Assembly (NCBI GenBank): GCA_048886685.1 | Contig: JBHLKM010000018.1 | Coordinates: forward strand, 1 to 64,000 | Direction of reading: 5' to 3' | DNA length: 64,000 nt | From: Candidatus Hodarchaeota archaeon | Lineage (GTDB): Archaea; Asgardarchaeota; Lokiarchaeia; Sigyniarchaeales; SOKP01 | Shown: positions 39,590 through 48,077 of the stretch, in pieces | Layout of the letters: the number at the start of each line of letters is the position of its first letter | Numbering within the stretch: the stretch's first letter is position 1 | The notes under the pieces: generated by a model | The model's input: only the letters and a program-made list of their open reading frames with translations | What the model was told of the DNA's origin: nothing | Databases searched by the model: none | Program-made: the position numbers and the translations under genes

Positions 39590-40375
39590 TTAGTTTCCCT
39601 TAAATTTACCTTCACGCTTTCCGAAAAATGCAGCAACTCCTTCTCTTAAATCTTCCGTTTGAAGGGTTAACATTAATTGATCCATATCCATATGCATTAT
39701 TGCTTGATCTAAGGCACCACAAATGTGATTAATAGTTTTTTTAATCATTTGAGCAGGGATTGGGGGCATCACAGCATATTCTTTACCGATCTCAATAGCT
39801 CGCTCTAAGAGATTCTCCTTTGGAACTATTTCACTTATAAAACCCCACTTTAAAAGTGTTTGAGCATCATTATTTTTGCCTAATATTGTCATTTCTTTTG
39901 CAAATGTAGGACCAATTAGATGAACAACAATAGGAAGTATAGTCCAGCTTAAACTCATTCCTAATCGGCTCTCCGGAAATCCTGCCATACAATTTTCTTC
40001 TCCAATACGAAAATCAAGTGCTGAAGCTATACAACAACCTCCTCCAAATGCACCTCCATTAATGGCAGCGATTGTAATTTGATCCATCATGTATAGCTTA
40101 CGAGTCATTCTCGGCCCATTTTGCATTGCTCTTTGTCTTCCCAGTAATGTAGTTGGACCTTGTTGTTCTCTCAAATCTCTTCCACCACTAAAATGTTTAC
40201 CCGCTCCTGTAAAAATCACAACACGCGTTTCTGTGTCTGATTGAAATTCTTCTGTTAAATATTCAATCTCTGTCATTAAAGCAGTACTTAATGTGTTGAG
40301 TTGTTCTGGTCGATTAAATGTAACAATAGCGATGTAATCGTCGCGTTTTTCTACTATTAAATTTTTATACTCCAT
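39590..40375 (-). CDS. Enoyl-CoA hydratase/isomerase family protein
   Basis: FNRPEQLNTL, FSGGRDL, IAAINGGAFGGG, DFRI, PESRLG, EGVAAFFGKREGKF. Confidence 0.92.
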   Translation of the reverse strand: MEYKNLIVEKRDDYIAIVTFNRPEQLNTLSTALMTEIEYLTEEFQSDTETRVVIFTGAGKHFSGGRDLREQQGPTTLLGRQRAMQNGPRMTRKLYMMDQITIAAINGGAFGGGCCIASALDFRIGEENCMAGFPESRLGMSLSWTILPIVVHLIGPTFAKEMTILGKNNDAQTLLKWGFISEIVPKENLLERAIEIGKEYAVMPPIPAQMIKKTINHICGALDQAIMHMDMDQLMLTLQTEDLREGVAAFFGKREGKFKGN

Positions 40376-40577
40376 ACATACTCACTTTAAAATAAACTGT
40401 CAACTTCATATAAAATGTAATTTTAGATCTAAAAATCCATAATCATTGAAAAACTAATGAGAATTTTCCAAATAAAACAATATAAACTCTCCCTAATTTA
40501 TATTCTACAAATACTAAATTTTTAATAACCTAATTATTAATATTAATATCAGAACAAAATATTTTAAGGGAATTCTT

Positions 40578-41216
40578 ATGAATAAGATTAAAGAAGAAAT
40601 TATTTCAATGTTAATTGAACATTCAAGAATTATATATTCTGTTATTTCGGATATGGGTGTTTACTATTCAACTTGGGCAGAAGATTACGAGGCTAATAAG
40701 GAAACCTTAGAAAAGAAAAAAAGTAAAATGCAACTCCGTGAAGAAGATGCCGATGCTATTAAAATTCAATTGATACAGAATTATTCTGAGGCAGGCGCGC
40801 AAGGTTTAGGAGATTATGTTGCTCTTATTCTCCGGATGGATAATGTAATAAACTATCCGTTGGAATTTGTTGATATGCTTCCAAAAATCAAGTTAGACGG
40901 TGGAGGAGATGATGAAATAAAGAAAAGATATGAAAAATTGATTAATAAAACAATTAATATGGCTAATGTCTTAAAATCTACAATAAAAAGTCTAAGAGAT
41001 AAACCTGAAATGGTTTTGAAAAATACCACTACTATCCATGAGATTGAAAATGAAGTTGATACAATATATCGCCAATTTTTAGAATATCTTTATTCCAATG
41101 ATCAATTAAATATGAGGAAACTTCTTAGAATAAGAGATAGCATAGTTTTAATGGAACAGCTTTGCGATAGAATCCATGATATTGCTGATCAAATAAGAAT
41201 TCTTCTCTATCAATAA
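40578..41216 (+). CDS. DUF47 / PhoU-like helical protein
   Basis: Two repeats E.xAD (EEDADAIK; ENEVDTIY) and MEQLCDRIHDIAD. Confidence 0.8.
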   Translation: MNKIKEEIISMLIEHSRIIYSVISDMGVYYSTWAEDYEANKETLEKKKSKMQLREEDADAIKIQLIQNYSEAGAQGLGDYVALILRMDNVINYPLEFVDMLPKIKLDGGGDDEIKKRYEKLINKTINMANVLKSTIKSLRDKPEMVLKNTTTIHEIENEVDTIYRQFLEYLYSNDQLNMRKLLRIRDSIVLMEQLCDRIHDIADQIRILLYQ

Positions 41217-41363
41217 AAATCTTTTTTGATTCCGTTCTTTGTTGTCAGATGGATAAGAGATCTTTTTTTTATCTTCTTTTAATAACAAAATTTATACGCG
41301 TAATTTAATTTGTATTATTTAAAATTAACAAGTTTTTTAAACAAAAACAAAGATGTTAGATAT

Positions 41364-41726
41364 ATGAAAGGTAAACAGAAATTTTACTTATTACTTGGAA
41401 TATTTCAAGTGGTATTGATTTTCTTAGTAATTTTCACATCAAATGGAATTGTAACTTTTGTTAGTGCTCAGGGTACTACCTTTGATTATTATGATTCAAC
41501 AACAACAGTTGCTTTAGCGATAGCTGTAGCATTATCCGTAAGTTTTTCAGTGCTCGGAAGCGCTTGGGCTATGAAAACAGTAGGAACTGCTGCTATAAGT
41601 GCACTTTCAGAAAGAGAAGAAGCGTTCTTTAAAGCATTTCTTGTGGTTGCCCTATGCGAAGCACTAGCAGTCTATGGACTAATTGTAGGAATTTTACTTT
41701 GGACAAAAATCCCTACGCCCGTATGA
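41364..41726 (+). CDS. atpK: A/V-type ATPase subunit K (c, proteolipid) with N-terminal signal-like segment
   Basis: Single hairpin with GTAAISALSER...LCEALAVYGL carrying the ion-binding Glu; the ATG at 41364 is preferred over the TTG at 41310. Confidence 0.9.
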   Translation: MKGKQKFYLLLGIFQVVLIFLVIFTSNGIVTFVSAQGTTFDYYDSTTTVALAIAVALSVSFSVLGSAWAMKTVGTAAISALSEREEAFFKAFLVVALCEALAVYGLIVGILLWTKIPTPV

Positions 41727-41780
41727 GTTAATTTTTTTTAAAATATTACCACAAAAAATTTTGATTTTGGTGATTTTTGG

Positions 41781-42830
41781 ACGAGTGTTATTGTTGATAG
41801 CTATGCGTTTACTCTAATCAAAATTGGTTTTCTAAAACAACTAATAATGGATGAAATAACTCTAAAAAAGTTAGAAGATATAACCAATATTGAGCAACTA
41901 ATCGAATATATTGATAGGTTTTACCCAGGCTTGACCTTTAATACATACACTATTGAAGAAATTGAGAAGGCATTATTTCATACTTATATTAAATTAATTG
42001 GAAGAATAATAATGAATTCTCCAAGAACTATGCGTATATTTCTTAGAAATTATCTTATGAAGTATGAAATAATGAATATCAAAAGAATTATTTTAGGTAC
42101 AATTCTTGGCATGAGTTTAAACGATAAATCAAAATTAGTCAATAAACAGGTAGAAAAATACTTAAACAACACAGATTTTATTAATGAGCTTCTAGAAATT
42201 ACATCTTTAGATCAAATTCAATTATATATGAGGCATACCAAATATAACAAAGCCATAAGAGAAGGAATTCTTTACTTTCGAAATACTAAAGAAATTTTTG
42301 TCTTGGAAGCTTTTTTAGATAAACTCTATTATGAAACTATGGAAAACGAAATAAAATTTCTAAATCCTAAAGAAAAAGTCATGATTTCTTTCTATGTGAA
42401 GTATAAATCTGAGATATATAACTTGAATATAATTTATAGAGGTATTAAGAATAATATTGACAGGAATCTACTTTCACAGTTCCTTGTTAACAATTATATG
42501 TTCTTAGATCAAAGCTCTCTAAATGATCTACTAAAGCTAAATAATGTTAATGATTTTATTACACTTCTATCTGAATTTTTGATTATAAAAAATGAAATAA
42601 GAACTAATCTACTACGATCTCCGCTTAAAGGAAAACACTTGATTTGGGAAATTGAAAAACTATATTTTAATTACTTTTTTAAGAAATTTCAACTTCAAAT
42701 AGACGATATAGAATATCAATCAATTTTCAAGATTATGGAGTTATTAATTAGAAAAGATAATGAAATTAAAATTCACGTATTACCTAAGGTTGTAGATATT
42801 TTACATGAAAAATATAAGGTGTTAACATAA
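41781..42830 (+). CDS. atpC: A/V-type ATPase subunit C (d); probable ACG start
   Basis: KYEIMNIK, LEAFLDKLYY, EIYNLNIIYRG; the expected N-terminal helix (SYAFTLIKIGFLKQLI) lies upstream of the called ATG at 41847. Confidence 0.85.
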   Translation, partial: TSVIVDSYAFTLIKIGFLKQLIMDEITLKKLEDITNIEQLIEYIDRFYPGLTFNTYTIEEIEKALFHTYIKLIGRIIMNSPRTMRIFLRNYLMKYEIMNIKRIILGTILGMSLNDKSKLVNKQVEKYLNNTDFINELLEITSLDQIQLYMRHTKYNKAIREGILYFRNTKEIFVLEAFLDKLYYETMENEIKFLNPKEKVMISFYVKYKSEIYNLNIIYRGIKNNIDRNLLSQFLVNNYMFLDQSSLNDLLKLNNVNDFITLLSEFLIIKNEIRTNLLRSPLKGKHLIWEIEKLYFNYFFKKFQLQIDDIEYQSIFKIMELLIRKDNEIKIHVLPKVVDILHEKYKVLT

Positions 42831-43141
42831 TGGATCTTTTTGAAAATTTGAAAGATATCGAAAGGGTTTATGAAGAACTTGTGAACAATGCTAAGAATTT
42901 AAACTTAAAAGAAATTGAGAAATTCAGAGAAAATGAACAAATAGCATTTGAGGACTTTATTAACGAAAAGAATAAGCTTGTGAATGAGGTATTAGGAAAA
43001 CTAGCAAAAGATGTTAAAATAAAAATTGATAGTTTTAAAAATAAATTAGATACGGCAATTAAAAAGATTGAGTTACAATTTCAAAAAAGAATTGGAAATC
43101 TTCAGAAATTGATCATCGAAGAGGTGGGATTAGACTTTTAA
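42830..43141 (+). CDS. A/V-type ATPase peripheral stalk subunit H (G)
   Basis: 103-aa charged coiled coil (LKDIERVYEELVNNAK...) at the expected operon position. Confidence 0.7.
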   Translation: MDLFENLKDIERVYEELVNNAKNLNLKEIEKFRENEQIAFEDFINEKNKLVNEVLGKLAKDVKIKIDSFKNKLDTAIKKIELQFQKRIGNLQKLIIEEVGLDF

Positions 43142-43467
43142 TGTTTGATAAAGAAGTTTATGTAGTGGGGGATGAAGATATTGTTTTAATGTTCGGACTC
43201 TTAGGAATAGAGGGCACAATAATCGAACATCGGGATGAGTTCCTAAAATTGTTTAACGATTTGGTAACTCAACCAGAAATAGGAATGATTATTATAACAT
43301 TAAAATTGTCTGATGAATTAATTGATTTTCTGTTAGATTTTAAATTAAATAACAAGAAACCGTTTATATTTATTCTTCCTGACATTTTCCAACCTAATAT
43401 CGAAAGAATGGATGTCCTATTAAATAAAATCTCCAATGCAATTAGCGAGATAGAGCTATTAAAATGA
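43141..43467 (+). CDS. atpF: A/V-type ATPase subunit F
   Basis: VYVVGDEDIVLMFGLLGIEG, IGMIIIT, PFIFILPD. Confidence 0.9.
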   Translation: MFDKEVYVVGDEDIVLMFGLLGIEGTIIEHRDEFLKLFNDLVTQPEIGMIIITLKLSDELIDFLLDFKLNNKKPFIFILPDIFQPNIERMDVLLNKISNAISEIELLK

Positions 43468-43493
43468 GTTGATTAATAATTTCTGAAGAAAAA

Positions 43494-44207
43494 GTGTTTA
43501 AAAAGCAATTAGGAAATTTGGGACGTTATTTAATCGAGAGAGCCCAAATTGAGATAAAAGAATTAAACCAAAAAACTCTTTTTCAAAAAGCTGAAATAAA
43601 AAAAAGGTTTATAGAAAGGAGTGAAGAGAGAACAATTAAATTGAAGCAACATTTTAAAGAGAGCTATGATCAATTTTTAAATCAATCATTATCTTCAACT
43701 CTATTAAGTGGTAAAGAAAAATTTTTGAATATAAAAAATAATCTAATTAAAGAATTAAAGCTGTCGTTATTTAAGCTTATAAAGCAAAGAATTGATAATA
43801 ATTATAAATTCTACATTGATTATCTTTTGAATTCAATAAAAAATGTCACGAAAACTATAGATAATCCCCAGGAAGTAGAATTAATATTTAATAATAAAGA
43901 TTATGACTATTTTATTAAGAATTTTGATAAAATTGTAAATCTTTTTAAGAATCCAATAGAAATTAATAAAGATAAAAGAGATTTTATTGGTGGATTTAAA
44001 ATTTCTCTAGTTGGTGGAGTAATATCTTACGATTACACCATTGATAATTTAATTAATAGAAGTTCGTCTTATCTACAGATGGAAATTTCCAAAATCATTG
44101 ATGACTCTGAAATTAAAGAGATTGAAATTGAATTTGAAGAATTTATAAAAAATCAAAAGAAATTAATTACGGAATACTTAACTAAGTATGATCAAATCCA
44201 AATCTAA
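43494..44207 (+). CDS. atpE: A/V-type ATPase subunit E
   Basis: N-terminal coiled coil, NNKDY, FIGGFKI, YDYTIDNLI. Confidence 0.85.
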   Translation: MFKKQLGNLGRYLIERAQIEIKELNQKTLFQKAEIKKRFIERSEERTIKLKQHFKESYDQFLNQSLSSTLLSGKEKFLNIKNNLIKELKLSLFKLIKQRIDNNYKFYIDYLLNSIKNVTKTIDNPQEVELIFNNKDYDYFIKNFDKIVNLFKNPIEINKDKRDFIGGFKISLVGGVISYDYTIDNLINRSSSYLQMEISKIIDDSEIKEIEIEFEEFIKNQKKLITEYLTKYDQIQI

Positions 44208-46026
44208 TAAAAATTCTCAGCATGGATATATTTCTGCAATCATTGGTTCTTTAATTCATGTAAAAGGACTAGAGAATCAAATAAAACTACATGATTTGAT
44301 TAAAGTTAGAAATATGTTAGGAGAAGTTATCCAAATTTATTCAGATCATATTGTTGCTCAATGTTTTGAAAATACAACAAATTTACGAATTGATGAAGAA
44401 GTTATAAATTTAAATGAACCCTTATCAATGGAACTAGCACCAGGATTGTTGGGAAATATTTTTGATGGAATACAAAGACCACTTCAAAAAGCTTTTGAAA
44501 TACTCAAAGGTGGGCAATTAGAAAGAGGATTAGAAATACCATCACTGTCGAGAACAAAAAAATGGCATTTTATTCCACTAGAGAGAATCAAAGCTAATGT
44601 TATAGGAGGAGATGTGATTGGAATTGTCCAAGAAACTGAGATAATAGAACACAAAATAATGGTTCCACCATATACTAGTGGTATTTTAACCTATCTTGTA
44701 GGTGAGGGAGATTATACAATAGAACAAGAAATATACAGATTAAAGAATGGGCAAGAAGAAAAATCTTTTTCAATGATGCAAAAATGGCCCATAACAACCC
44801 CTAGACCATTTAAAGAAAGGTTATTACCTGATGAGCCGTTGATTACGGGGATACGTGTTATAGATTTATTGTTTCCAATAACCAAAGGGGGGACTTTTGG
44901 TGTTCCAGGAGGATTTGGAACCGGTAAAACAGTTATTCAACAATCATTAGCCAAATGGTGTGATGCTGATATAATTTTATACATAGGTTGCGGAGAACGA
45001 GGAAACGAGATAGCTGACGTATTAAAGCAATTTACTGAGCTAGTTGACCCCAAAAGTAAACGTCCTTTACTAGAGCGAATAATATTAATAGCAAATACCT
45101 CAAATATGCCCGTTTCGGCACGTGAAGCAAGTATTTTTTCTGGAGTAACTATTGCTGAATATTATAGAGATATGGGATATGATATTGCTGTTCTTGCTGA
45201 CAGTACTTCAAGATGGGCAGAATCTTTAAGAGAAATATCTGGATTATTGGAGGAAATGCCTGCTGAAGAGGGATATCCTGCTTATTTACCATCCAAACTC
45301 TCTGGATTTTATGAAAGGGCTGGTATTGTCAAACTTATTGGTAATAAAGTAAACGGAAAAGAAAGAATAGGATCATTAACAATCATAGGTTCTGTTAGTC
45401 CTCCCGCAGGGGACTTTAGTGAACCTGTAACAGCAACCACTAAAAATTTTGTACAAGGGATATGGGCTTTGGATGCCGGATTAGCCTATTCTAAGCATTA
45501 CCCCGCTATAAACTGGTTGGATTCATATTCAAACTATCCTGATTATATCTCTGAATGGTGGTATGAGAGAGATATAAACTGGTCGGAAATTGATATTGAT
45601 TGGTTTGACTGTCGTAATCAAGTTAATGAAATTTTATCTCAAGATAATGAATTAAAATATATAACTCAACTAATCGGAGAAGAAAATTTACCTGATGATC
45701 AACAATTAACTTTATTTATTGCCAAATTAATTAAAAATGGATTTTTAATTCAAAATGCCTATGATGATATCGATAGCTTTACAGATATAGCGAAACTCTT
45801 AGGTATGATAAAAATTATTCTATTATTATTTAAAGAAAGTAAAGAATTATTGAAACAAGGATTTTTAATCGAAGATATAAAATCACTTTTAGTTATTAAT
45901 GATATTTTAAGAATAAATAGAACAATAACTAATGATGATTTCAATAAAATTAAAGATATTAAAAAAAAGCTACTCAGTGAGATAGAATCTTTAAAATTAA
46001 CCAGAGGAGTATTCAAAAAGCTATGA
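44188..46026 (+). CDS. atpA: A/V-type ATPase catalytic subunit A
   Basis: [19 protein letters not shown]-loop [60 protein letters not shown]. Confidence 0.96.
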   Translation: MIKSKSNKNSQHGYISAIIGSLIHVKGLENQIKLHDLIKVRNMLGEVIQIYSDHIVAQCFENTTNLRIDEEVINLNEPLSMELAPGLLGNIFDGIQRPLQKAFEILKGGQLERGLEIPSLSRTKKWHFIPLERIKANVIGGDVIGIVQETEIIEHKIMVPPYTSGILTYLVGEGDYTIEQEIYRLKNGQEEKSFSMMQKWPITTPRPFKERLLPDEPLITGIRVIDLLFPITKGGTFGVPGGFGTGKTVIQQSLAKWCDADIILYIGCGERGNEIADVLKQFTELVDPKSKRPLLERIILIANTSNMPVSAREASIFSGVTIAEYYRDMGYDIAVLADSTSRWAESLREISGLLEEMPAEEGYPAYLPSKLSGFYERAGIVKLIGNKVNGKERIGSLTIIGSVSPPAGDFSEPVTATTKNFVQGIWALDAGLAYSKHYPAINWLDSYSNYPDYISEWWYERDINWSEIDIDWFDCRNQVNEILSQDNELKYITQLIGEENLPDDQQLTLFIAKLIKNGFLIQNAYDDIDSFTDIAKLLGMIKIILLLFKESKELLKQGFLIEDIKSLLVINDILRINRTITNDDFNKIKDIKKKLLSEIESLKLTRGVFKKL

Positions 46027-47414
46027 GTGTTATTTATAGAAAAATCCAACAAATAATTGGACCCCTAGTATTTCTTAAAAATGAGCATCATGCTCAATTT
46101 GGGGAGATTGTTTTAATTAGAACAGATGATGATAATATTCGTATGGGACAAATTGTAAAAATGAGTGAAGAACTTATAGTAGTGGAAGTATTTGAGGATA
46201 CTACTGGATTATCTACAGAAAATGCTGAGATAATTTTCACAGAAGACACGTTTAAAGTAAAGATTTCAAAAGATATGCTTGGTCAAACATTTAATTCTTT
46301 AGGAAAACCAATTGATATTAAAACAAAAGCTTTATTAGATTCAGATATTTTATCAGATGTTCAAAGAGATATAAACGGAGTTCCTATTAATCCATTTGCA
46401 AGGGAATATCCTGTAGATATAATTCAAACGGGAATATCAGTAATTGATGGCCTATTCACATTAATTAGGGGTCAAAAACTCCCAATATTCAGTGGACAAG
46501 GATTAACTCACAACAAATTAGCTGCTCAAATTGCTACACAAGCAAAAGTTTTAGCAGAAGAACCATTTGTCATAATCTTTTGTGGAATAGGGATAATTCA
46601 AGACGAAGCAATTTATTTTTTAAATCGTTTTCAAGAGAGTGGATCCATTCAAAACATAATTTCTTTTATAAATTTTGCAGATGATCCGATAATTGAAAGA
46701 TTAATTATCCCAAGAGTTGCTTTAACAACTGCAGAATATTTTGCCTTCGAAAAAGATATGCATGTTCTTGTTATTTTAATTGATATGACTAACTATGCTG
46801 AAGCTTTAAGAGAACTTAGTTCAGCAAAAGAAGAGATCCCTAGTAGAAAGGGTTATCCCGGATATATTTATTCCGATTTTGCTTCAATTTATGAGAGGAC
46901 GGGGAAAATTAAAGGAAAAAAAGGCACAATAACTCAAATCCCGATTCTTACTATGCCATCAGATGACATATCACACCCTATTAGTGACACCACGGGCTAT
47001 ATAACTGAGGGACAACTAGTACTTAGCCGCAGTTTGCACAAAAAAGGAATTTATCCTCCGTTTGAAGTATTAGCCTCCATTTCACGATTAATGAAAGATG
47101 CAATAGGTAAAGATAAAACAAGAGAAGATCATGCTGATGTTAGCTCACAATTATTGTCTGCATATTCAAATTATCTTGAAGTTAAAGATCTTATTTCAAT
47201 CGTAGGAGAAGATGGTTTAAGTTTTGAACAGAAGAATTTTTTAAAATTTGGGGTAGATTTTGAACAGAAATTTTTAAAACAAGAAATAAATGAAAATCGA
47301 GATTTTGAAACTACACTTAATTTGGCATGGGAAGTGCTTTCAAATTTAACTATAGATCAATTGTTTAGAGTACATTCAAGATTTTTAGATAAATATTATA
47401 AGATCCGGGTGTAG
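46023..47414 (+). CDS. atpB: A/V-type ATPase subunit B
   Basis: GVPINPFAREYP, IQTGISVIDG, RGQKLPIFSG, DMTNYAEALRE, GYPGY, TGYITEGQ, SRLMK (Arg finger), TREDH. Confidence 0.96.
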   Translation: MSVIYRKIQQIIGPLVFLKNEHHAQFGEIVLIRTDDDNIRMGQIVKMSEELIVVEVFEDTTGLSTENAEIIFTEDTFKVKISKDMLGQTFNSLGKPIDIKTKALLDSDILSDVQRDINGVPINPFAREYPVDIIQTGISVIDGLFTLIRGQKLPIFSGQGLTHNKLAAQIATQAKVLAEEPFVIIFCGIGIIQDEAIYFLNRFQESGSIQNIISFINFADDPIIERLIIPRVALTTAEYFAFEKDMHVLVILIDMTNYAEALRELSSAKEEIPSRKGYPGYIYSDFASIYERTGKIKGKKGTITQIPILTMPSDDISHPISDTTGYITEGQLVLSRSLHKKGIYPPFEVLASISRLMKDAIGKDKTREDHADVSSQLLSAYSNYLEVKDLISIVGEDGLSFEQKNFLKFGVDFEQKFLKQEINENRDFETTLNLAWEVLSNLTIDQLFRVHSRFLDKYYKIRV

Positions 47415-47417
47415 GTT

Positions 47418-48065
47418 ATCAGTTTTCGTGATATAAAACCAACAAAATCAAATTTGATAGGATTACAAAAGAGATTAGTTTTTGCTGTTAGAGGAGAAAC
47501 TTTTTTAGAATATAGACGAGAACAGTTAGTCTTTCAAATTAAACGATTAGGGAAAGAATATTTGGAAATACGAAAGAATTTTATTGATTTATTTAAACAA
47601 TCACTTATAAAATTAAATCAAACTTATGAAGAAATGGGTAAAAATGGAGTTGTTCTGATTAGTAAATTAAGCAGAATACAATATAAACCCATGATAGATA
47701 TTCAATATCAAAAGAAAGTAGGAATAGTTGTTCCTAAAATTAATTATGAATTTTTTCAAGAGGAAAAATTACCTGCTTATACCTTTGAAGACACAAGTCA
47801 TTTTCTCGATGATTTAATTATTTTATTGAAAGAATTTTTTAAGGAAATGATAAAATTTACTGAAATTGAAGATTTACTATTGAAACATGCTGTTAGCTTT
47901 AAAAAAGTAAATCGCCGGATTAATGGACTAAAAAATATGATTATTCCAAAAATGAAAACGGATATAAAACAAATTAAAGAAATTTTAGAAGAAATTGAGA
48001 GAGAAAACTATGTAAGACTAAAAAAAACAAAAGATTTAATTATTAGCCAAGGAAAAACCACTTGA
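47418..48065 (+). CDS. atpD: A/V-type ATPase subunit D; probable ATC start
   Basis: The conserved N-terminal IKPTKSNLIGLQKRL..A.RG...L begins upstream of the called TTG (47454); C-terminal RRINGLKNMIIP...LEEIERENYVRLKK. Confidence 0.9.
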   Translation: MSFRDIKPTKSNLIGLQKRLVFAVRGETFLEYRREQLVFQIKRLGKEYLEIRKNFIDLFKQSLIKLNQTYEEMGKNGVVLISKLSRIQYKPMIDIQYQKKVGIVVPKINYEFFQEEKLPAYTFEDTSHFLDDLIILLKEFFKEMIKFTEIEDLLLKHAVSFKKVNRRINGLKNMIIPKMKTDIKQIKEILEEIERENYVRLKKTKDLIISQGKTT

Positions 48066-48077
48066 GTATGATGAAAA

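Noticed and set aside
47412-47417. Pyrrolysine/amber readthrough fusing atpB to atpD
   Set aside because: The TAG is in frame, but B ends at its normal C-terminus, a stator-rotor fusion would hinder rotation and no pyl genes are in the window; ATC initiation is simpler.
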